From an uncultured virus (IMG/VR IMGVR_UViG_3300032116_000119) (Duplodnaviria; Heunggongvirae; Uroviricota; Caudoviricetes), in IMG/VR virus record IMGVR_UViG_3300032116_000119: a DNA stretch of 64,000 nucleotides; one strand, given 5' to 3'. Position 1 is the first letter of the stretch. Each line of letters opens with the position of its first letter. Below are positions 58,453 through 64,000 of the stretch, piece after piece. The translations under genes were made by a program, and so were the position numbers. The notes beneath the pieces are model-generated. The model had not been told where the DNA came from, made no database searches, and worked only from the letters and a program-made list of their open reading frames with translations.

Positions 58453-58890
58453 ATGAGCAAAACTCCAGATAAGGGAATAAAAAATGTTGTTATTAAAAGA
58501 GACGCTCTTGGTAAGGTAACTAGCAAAAACTCTGTAGTTTTAAGATTTAGGATAGTATCAGAAGATAAAAATAGAAAATCTGCATATTCTCAAATATTTG
58601 TTGCTGAGTCTGGAGAGGTTTTTCTTGGTGTTGGAGATATAAATCTTCTTGGAAATACTATTATGGTCAACTGGTCTGCTGGAGAAATATCAACACAAAT
58701 AGTGTATGACGTATTTGTTGGATTTGACTCTGCTACTCCAACATTTAAAATTTCCACTGGATCATCTAATTATTCATTTTTAAAAACTGGAACAACATCT
58801 GTTCGTGTAGTAGTTCAGGCATCATCCATTAATCCAGTGTTGAATAATGATTTAAAGATATATGATTCTGGAATAGTGAATCTGGTATAA
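58453..58890 (+). CDS. Putative structural protein
   Basis: Beta-rich, in the tail module. Confidence 0.5.
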   Translation: MSKTPDKGIKNVVIKRDALGKVTSKNSVVLRFRIVSEDKNRKSAYSQIFVAESGEVFLGVGDINLLGNTIMVNWSAGEISTQIVYDVFVGFDSATPTFKISTGSSNYSFLKTGTTSVRVVVQASSINPVLNNDLKIYDSGIVNLV

Positions 58891-58897
58891 TTATATT

Positions 58898-59341
58898 ATG
58901 GCAATTCTACCTTTACCCGAAAGAGGGCAGCCGTTAGACGTAACATATCTTTATCAGATAGTTAAGGCTCTTAATGAACTTTCTACCCAGGCATCAACAT
59001 CAATATATAAGTATGTTACAGTAGACACGCCAAATGCTGGTAAGCAGAGTGTCAAAACATCAGAAGCAAGAATTATCGGTGGATATGTTCAAGTAACATC
59101 TGGATCAACTCAAACTGCAGGATCCTCACAATCATTTTCATATAGTCTACCTAGCGAATTTAAGTTTCCTCCAGTTGTTACAGCAACACCAATCAATATT
59201 GGAAATACTGATGCTGGAAAAGATGTTACAGTTACTTTATTAAGTATTTCAACTTCAAAAATTGAAGGCACTGTAAAGTTTAATGTTGGTGGAGATACTA
59301 CTGTAGGTGTTAATCTATTGATAGTAGGAATACCCAACTAA
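58898..59341 (+). CDS. Putative tail protein with lectin/gp53-like C-terminus
   Basis: F...FKFPPVVTAT...VNLLIVG; leaderless start. Confidence 0.55.
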   Translation: MAILPLPERGQPLDVTYLYQIVKALNELSTQASTSIYKYVTVDTPNAGKQSVKTSEARIIGGYVQVTSGSTQTAGSSQSFSYSLPSEFKFPPVVTATPINIGNTDAGKDVTVTLLSISTSKIEGTVKFNVGGDTTVGVNLLIVGIPN

Positions 59342-59532
59342 TGATTTTTTGTAAAAAATGTAAGGGAAGAATGTTTGTTGATAGGCAGTATTCACAAATA
59401 AATAATCTTGAAATATATTGTATGTCTTGTGGATCAAGAACATTTTTTCATCCACCAAGCAATTCACAGGAGGGTTTGTGGCTGTTAAAAAGGGAACAAT
59501 TGAGAGCGAAGGCTACAATGTCCTCCCTGTAA
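59341..59532 (+). CDS. Zinc-ribbon protein
   Basis: CKKC.GRMF...YCMSCG. Confidence 0.7.
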   Translation: MIFCKKCKGRMFVDRQYSQINNLEIYCMSCGSRTFFHPPSNSQEGLWLLKREQLRAKATMSSL

Positions 59533-60020
59533 TTTCGGGGAATAAAAAAGTCTGGTTCTTAAATGGTGATCTTGTTAGAATTCATCATTTAAATAAATCT
59601 AATGGAATAATGTCTGTTTATAATATTAATAAAGATAGAATTGAAAGTTGTTTAATTAGTGATTTTAAAAAGAATAGAGAACGAGCATACACAGTTGGCG
59701 AGACTGCTAATTTAGTTAATCGTCATAAAAAGTATATGCCATCGCTTATGCGTAGAGGTATTATTCCATTTCCAAAAGGTTCTCAGAAGGGTGGAGAGCG
59801 AGGTTTCAGGGTTAGATCATATTATTCAGAATCGCAAGTAAAAGAGATTCGTGATATACTGGCTACATACCATATTGGCAGACCAAGAAAAGATGGATTA
59901 ATAACAAATGATATTACGCCCAGCAAGCAAGAGTTGACAAGAAGAATGGGCGATGGTATACTTACATATACGAAAACAGAAGATGGGCGATTTATTCCTG
60001 TGTGGAGTGAATCTATTTAG
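59478..60020 (+). CDS. MerR-like HTH DNA-binding protein
   Basis: YTVGETANLVNRH...RRGIIP...RSYYSESQVKEI; GTG start after GGAGGG SD. Confidence 0.65.
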   Translation: MAVKKGTIESEGYNVLPVISGNKKVWFLNGDLVRIHHLNKSNGIMSVYNINKDRIESCLISDFKKNRERAYTVGETANLVNRHKKYMPSLMRRGIIPFPKGSQKGGERGFRVRSYYSESQVKEIRDILATYHIGRPRKDGLITNDITPSKQELTRRMGDGILTYTKTEDGRFIPVWSESI

Positions 60021-60034
60021 CGAAGGGTATAAGA

Positions 60035-60244
60035 ATGGAAAATGAAGCAACAAAGGTATCTGTAACACTTGGATACACATTAAATCTAGGCAACTTTCAA
60101 TCACTAAGACTAGATCTTGGTGTAACCGATTCAAAGCGAGATGGCGAAAACACAGATCAAGCATTTGAGCGTGTTTATAAGTTTGTTGAAGATAAACTTA
60201 CAGCAAAGATTTTAGAAGCACAGACTGAAGCCGAAGCGAAATAA
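60035..60244 (+). CDS. Small hypothetical protein (TLNLGNFQSLRLD)
   Basis: ORF in the replication operon. Confidence 0.7.
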   Translation: MENEATKVSVTLGYTLNLGNFQSLRLDLGVTDSKRDGENTDQAFERVYKFVEDKLTAKILEAQTEAEAK

Positions 60245-60552
60245 TGGCAGAACGCAAAGACCGTATGGCTTTGCTTAGTCGTTATAGTAAACTGCATACT
60301 CAGCGATATGAGCAGAAGCCATCTCTCAATCTTAACGTAGAGCAATGGGCTGCAGATGCATTGGTTGAGTCTTACGGCATTTCAGTATGCTATGAATTAT
60401 TAGATTTTTATTTTCAAGTTTCCAGCAGTCCATCGTGGAACACATTTGCTTACAAGGCTCAGGCTTTACTTGATAGCAAAAATGAAATAAAAAGAGATAT
60501 GGACGAAAGAGCAAGTCGTAGACAAAAGGCTAGGGAGTGGCTAAGTGAATAA
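60244..60552 (+). CDS. Hypothetical protein upstream of the helicase
   Basis: Coupled ORF. Confidence 0.65.
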   Translation: MAERKDRMALLSRYSKLHTQRYEQKPSLNLNVEQWAADALVESYGISVCYELLDFYFQVSSSPSWNTFAYKAQALLDSKNEIKRDMDERASRRQKAREWLSE

Positions 60553-61765
60553 TACAGAGTCAAAATTAATAACTGCTGTATTACAAGATAAACAAATCCA
60601 TGTTCTCTTGCAGGCAAATGTTGAAAATCTTTTAAGAACCCACGGAGATATTTGGAATTTCATAAGGTTGTATTTTGAGAACAACTCTTCCTTGCCACCA
60701 AGCGATTTAGTTAGAGAAAAGTTTAGAGACTTTGATCCAGTTCCAGGCGTTGGAGCAACAAAGCATCACCTTGAAGAATTACAAGGTGAATATTTAAGGG
60801 ATAGTCTAAAAGATATTCTTAGGTCTGCTGCCACTGATGTTCAACAGGGTGAAGGTAACAAGGCATTAGAAAACTTGATTACTAAAACATCAGAATTAAA
60901 AAAGAATACTGCTGCTATTAGAGATATTGATGTAACAGACCTAGAGTCTGCCATTGCATATTTTGAAAATGTAAAGAAGCAACAAGAACTTGGTCATATT
61001 GGAATCAAGACTGGTCTTCCAGGGTTTGACAACTACTTACCTTCTGGAATCATGCCAGGGCAGTTGGGAGTGTTCCTTGCATATCCAGGTATTGGAAAGT
61101 CGTGGTTGGCTCTCTATTTCGCTGTACAGGCCTGGAAACAGGGTCGTAGCCCACTAGTCATAAGTCTTGAAATGAGCGAGACAGAAGTTCGCAATCGTGT
61201 GTTTACTATTATGGGTGAGGGCCGCTGGTCCCATAGAAAACTTAGCAATGGAGAAATTGAACTGGAGATGCTAAAAGATTGGCATGGCAAAAATCTACAA
61301 GGCAAGCCAGAGTTTCATATTATTTCAAACGATCAGGGTGGAGAGATTAACCCATCTGTCCTTCGTGGAAAGATAGACCAGTATAAGCCAGACTTTGTAA
61401 TTGTTGACTATCTACAGTTAATGTCTCCAAACCAAAAGTCTGAAAATGAGACGGTACGAATGAAAAACTTATCTCGTGAACTTAAACTTATGGCTATTGG
61501 TGAAGAGGTTCCTATTATTGCTATTTCATCTGCTACCCCCGATGATGTGAGTGATTTATCAACTGTCCCAACACTTGGTCAAACAGCATGGTCAAGGCAG
61601 ATTGCATACGATGCTGACTGGGTTCTGGCCCTGGGTCGTGGTACTAATAGTGATATTATTGAGTGTGCCTTTAGAAAGAACCGAAATGGATTTATGGGCG
61701 ATTTTCTAGTACAGTGTGATTTTGATAAGGGGTATTATAGGTATAAAGACTTTGAAGATAAGTAG
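60545..61765 (+). CDS. dnaB: DnaB-like replicative helicase
   Basis: AYPGIGKS Walker A, SLEMS, VDYLQLM, ADWVL, KNRNG. Confidence 0.93.
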   Translation: MNNTESKLITAVLQDKQIHVLLQANVENLLRTHGDIWNFIRLYFENNSSLPPSDLVREKFRDFDPVPGVGATKHHLEELQGEYLRDSLKDILRSAATDVQQGEGNKALENLITKTSELKKNTAAIRDIDVTDLESAIAYFENVKKQQELGHIGIKTGLPGFDNYLPSGIMPGQLGVFLAYPGIGKSWLALYFAVQAWKQGRSPLVISLEMSETEVRNRVFTIMGEGRWSHRKLSNGEIELEMLKDWHGKNLQGKPEFHIISNDQGGEINPSVLRGKIDQYKPDFVIVDYLQLMSPNQKSENETVRMKNLSRELKLMAIGEEVPIIAISSATPDDVSDLSTVPTLGQTAWSRQIAYDADWVLALGRGTNSDIIECAFRKNRNGFMGDFLVQCDFDKGYYRYKDFEDK

Positions 61766-61777
61766 GTATAATATGGT

Positions 61778-62131
61778 ATGTCAAAAAATAGGGAGAATAT
61801 TCCACCAGATTTCTACCATCATAAGCCTTTAAGGAAGTTTTTTATTGATGGTGTTATTCAGGATGAGGCTCTTTTAGGAAGATTAAAAATTGAATATATA
61901 AGATTGCTAGTCTCAGAAATGAGACTGTGTGGGTATGTACCAAGGTTTGATATTGACCCAGACTTCACAATAAGGTATAATGAGATAAAAGGGTTTTTTG
62001 AATTTGAATTATCTATACACGGAGTTTACGCAGGGAAAAGGAAGAGCGAATGGATAGCAGGGGTAGACGGAACCAATCCAATTCCTATACAGCAGAACAG
62101 GTCAAGCGAGTCCTTGCAGGGTCGGGCGTAA
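61778..62131 (+). CDS. Hypothetical protein
   Basis: Start 5 nt after GGTATAAT; lies between helicase and primase. Confidence 0.65.
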   Translation: MSKNRENIPPDFYHHKPLRKFFIDGVIQDEALLGRLKIEYIRLLVSEMRLCGYVPRFDIDPDFTIRYNEIKGFFEFELSIHGVYAGKRKSEWIAGVDGTNPIPIQQNRSSESLQGRA

Positions 62132-62994
62132 GCGTAGAGTCTGAACTAGATGCTGACTTTATAATATTTTGTCCGTTTCATAATAATCACAGAACGCCAG
62201 CAGGAGAAGTTCAAAAAAATAGTGGAATGTTCTTTTGTTTTTCTTGTCAAAAATCTGCAGATCTTACAGAATTAGTAATGCACACTTCTGGCAGAACATA
62301 TTTTGAGGCAGCAAGATTTATAAAAAGTAAAGAGAAGGTTAGCAATCTTGCAATAGAAATTGATCGTGCATTGGTTGATGAAGAAAAATATAAGCCGTTT
62401 GATGAGTTGATAATTAAACGTTTACATAATAATCTTGTTTCTTCAGATAGGCCTAAAAACTATTTTACATATCGTAAAATAACACAGAACTCTTGGATTA
62501 AATTCTCTTTAGGATATTCAGAAAAACAAGACATGGTAATTGTTCCAATTCATAGTCCAGATGGAGTCTTATTGGGATTTGTTGGAAGATCTGTTGAAGG
62601 AAAAGATTTTAAGAATACGCCAGGACTACCAAAAAGCAAAACCCTTTTTAATTTGCATCGTGTAAAGAAGTCTGATAAAGTATATATAGTTGAGTCTTCT
62701 TTTGACGCTATAAGACTAGACCAACTAGGAATTCCTGCAGTCGCAACCTTGGGAGCGAATGTATCGAATAAACAAATAGAATTGCTTCAAAAATATTTTA
62801 ATAACATTATTGTTATTGCAGATAATGATGAAGCAGGAGGAAACATGAAAGACAGAATAGTTGAAAGACTTGGTTCTCGTGTTTCTGTTATTAAAATAAA
62901 TAAACAATATAAAGACATAGGTGATATGCCAGACGAAGAGATTCAAAGTTTAGGATTTTCGTTTGACAAAAGCATAGAGTCTATGCTAAACTAA
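62050..62994 (+). CDS. dnaG: DnaG-like primase (CHC2 zinc finger plus TOPRIM)
   Basis: CPFH...FFCFSC, GFVGR, VESSFDA, ADNDEAG. Confidence 0.92.
   Translation: MDSRGRRNQSNSYTAEQVKRVLAGSGVSVESELDADFIIFCPFHNNHRTPAGEVQKNSGMFFCFSCQKSADLTELVMHTSGRTYFEAARFIKSKEKVSNLAIEIDRALVDEEKYKPFDELIIKRLHNNLVSSDRPKNYFTYRKITQNSWIKFSLGYSEKQDMVIVPIHSPDGVLLGFVGRSVEGKDFKNTPGLPKSKTLFNLHRVKKSDKVYIVESSFDAIRLDQLGIPAVATLGANVSNKQIELLQKYFNNIIVIADNDEAGGNMKDRIVERLGSRVSVIKINKQYKDIGDMPDEEIQSLGFSFDKSIESMLN
62963..62992 (+). promoter_or_regulatory. SSB/dnaE promoter with a perfect dyad in its spacer
   Basis: TTGACA-18 nt-TAAACT; AGCATAGA-G-TCTATGCT at 62971-62987. Confidence 0.65.
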
Positions 62995-63015
62995 TACAAA
63001 CACAAAGGAGAAAAT

Positions 63016-63672
63016 ATGAGCATTGTAAAGGGAATCAAAAACATTAATGCCCTGCTCGACAGACCAAAGTACGAAAATGATGGACCAAAGGTAAAGTGGC
63101 TAAAACTTGCAGATGGACAGTCTGTAAAAATTCGCTTTATTGAAGAATTAGATGAAGATTCTGCAAACTATAGTGATAAGCGTGGACTAGCACTTGTTGT
63201 TAAGGAACATGTTAATCCAAAAGACTACAAGCGCAAGGCTGTAGACACTATGGAATCAGAAGGCCGTGACTGGGCAGAAGAAATGCATCGCAAAGATCCA
63301 AAGGCTGGATGGCGTGGCCGTCTTCGCTTTTATTGTAACGTCCTAGTAGACGATGGTATTGAAGCACCATATGTTGCTATCTGGTCAATGGGTATCAGCA
63401 AGCAATCATCATTTAACACAATTCGTGAGTATGCTCTTGAAACAGGAAGCATCTCAAATGTAGTATGGAAGTTAAAGCGTAATGGCCAGGGAACTGAAAC
63501 TAATTACACACTAATTCCATCAGCACCAGATAAGGAGCCATTCGATTGGAAAGATGTTGAACCTTATCCATTGGAGTCAGCATTAAAGAAAATTCCATAT
63601 GCGGAACAAGAAGCGTTCTACCTGGGCTTTGACAGCCCATCCGTAACATCGTCTACCAACACTGATTGGTAA
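63016..63672 (+). CDS. Single-stranded DNA-binding protein (gp32-like)
   Basis: LKLADGQSVKIRF...KLKRNGQGTETNY, AAGGAG SD, position in the replication module. Confidence 0.7.
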   Translation: MSIVKGIKNINALLDRPKYENDGPKVKWLKLADGQSVKIRFIEELDEDSANYSDKRGLALVVKEHVNPKDYKRKAVDTMESEGRDWAEEMHRKDPKAGWRGRLRFYCNVLVDDGIEAPYVAIWSMGISKQSSFNTIREYALETGSISNVVWKLKRNGQGTETNYTLIPSAPDKEPFDWKDVEPYPLESALKKIPYAEQEAFYLGFDSPSVTSSTNTDW

Positions 63673-63673
63673 G

Positions 63674-64000
63674 ATGAACTACGTAGGCTTACATGTCCAT
63701 ACCCATTTTAGTCTTTTTGATGGGATTGCTACTCCAGAAGAATTAGTAAACCGAGCAGTTGAACTTGGTATGCCAGCATTGGCTATCACGGATCACGGAA
63801 CATTATCTGGGCATAGAGAACTGTATCGAGTTGCAAAAGCAAAGGGCATTAAGCCAATTCTTGGTCTAGAAGGATACATGTGTGCAGACATATCTGATAA
63901 AAGAGATAAGTCTGAAAGGCAGGGTCAGCAAGATCTTGTTTATAACCATATTATCCTTCTAGCCAAGAATAAAATAGGTCTAGAAAACTTAAACAAAATT
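63674..64000 (+). CDS. dnaE: DNA polymerase III alpha subunit, N-terminal PHP domain (partial)
   Basis: Hand translation: LHVHTHFSLFDG...ALAITDHG...GIKPILGLEGY...HIILLAKNKIGLENL. Confidence 0.93.
   Translation, partial: MNYVGLHVHTHFSLFDGIATPEELVNRAVELGMPALAITDHGTLSGHRELYRVAKAKGIKPILGLEGYMCADISDKRDKSERQGQQDLVYNHIILLAKNKIGLENLNKI

Noticed and set aside
1..64000. Stop-codon reassignment, tRNA genes, introns or inteins
   Set aside because: Genes tile densely in the standard code, no cloverleaf was recognised, and nrdJ, dnaB, dnaG and portal have ordinary lengths; tRNAscan and Infernal were not run.

Overview
This window is a 64-kb segment of a large, AT-rich tailed dsDNA phage (siphovirus-like: 3057-aa tape measure protein, no tail sheath seen). 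All family assignments come from motifs recognised by eye, with no database search. The host is probably a low-GC freshwater actinobacterium. That is an inference from leaderless genes, GACAC (WhiA-type) boxes at promoters and an actinophage-type membrane gene. Layout: (1) 1-1.4 kb, divergent tiny early-type genes with a distinctive promoter grammar and two DnaA boxes. (2) 1.4-5.7 kb, micro Cys-rich ORFs, two sulfotransferase-like genes, a 2OG-Fe(II) oxygenase, a minus-strand DHH operon and a candidate sRNA. (3) 5.7-27.2 kb, a large fibre/appendage region containing two parallel cassettes. In each, a Pro-rich repeat protein with a PFFPPxFP motif is followed directly by prolyl-hydroxylase-like oxygenases and other modifying enzymes (GT61-like, JmjC-like, DUF6065-like). 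(4) Class II ribonucleotide reductase nrdJ. (5) Portal, protease/scaffold, capsid, neck and tail genes. These include a duplicated (non-frameshift) tail chaperone pair and a tape measure protein carrying a kinase-like insert and Cys repeats. (6) MerR-like regulator, DnaB, DnaG, SSB and the start of dnaE. The best candidate for a new system is a phage-encoded pathway that hydroxylates and glycosylates its own Pro/Phe- and Pro/Thr-repeat virion appendages. No tRNA, CRISPR array, integrase, terminase or reverse transcriptase was seen.
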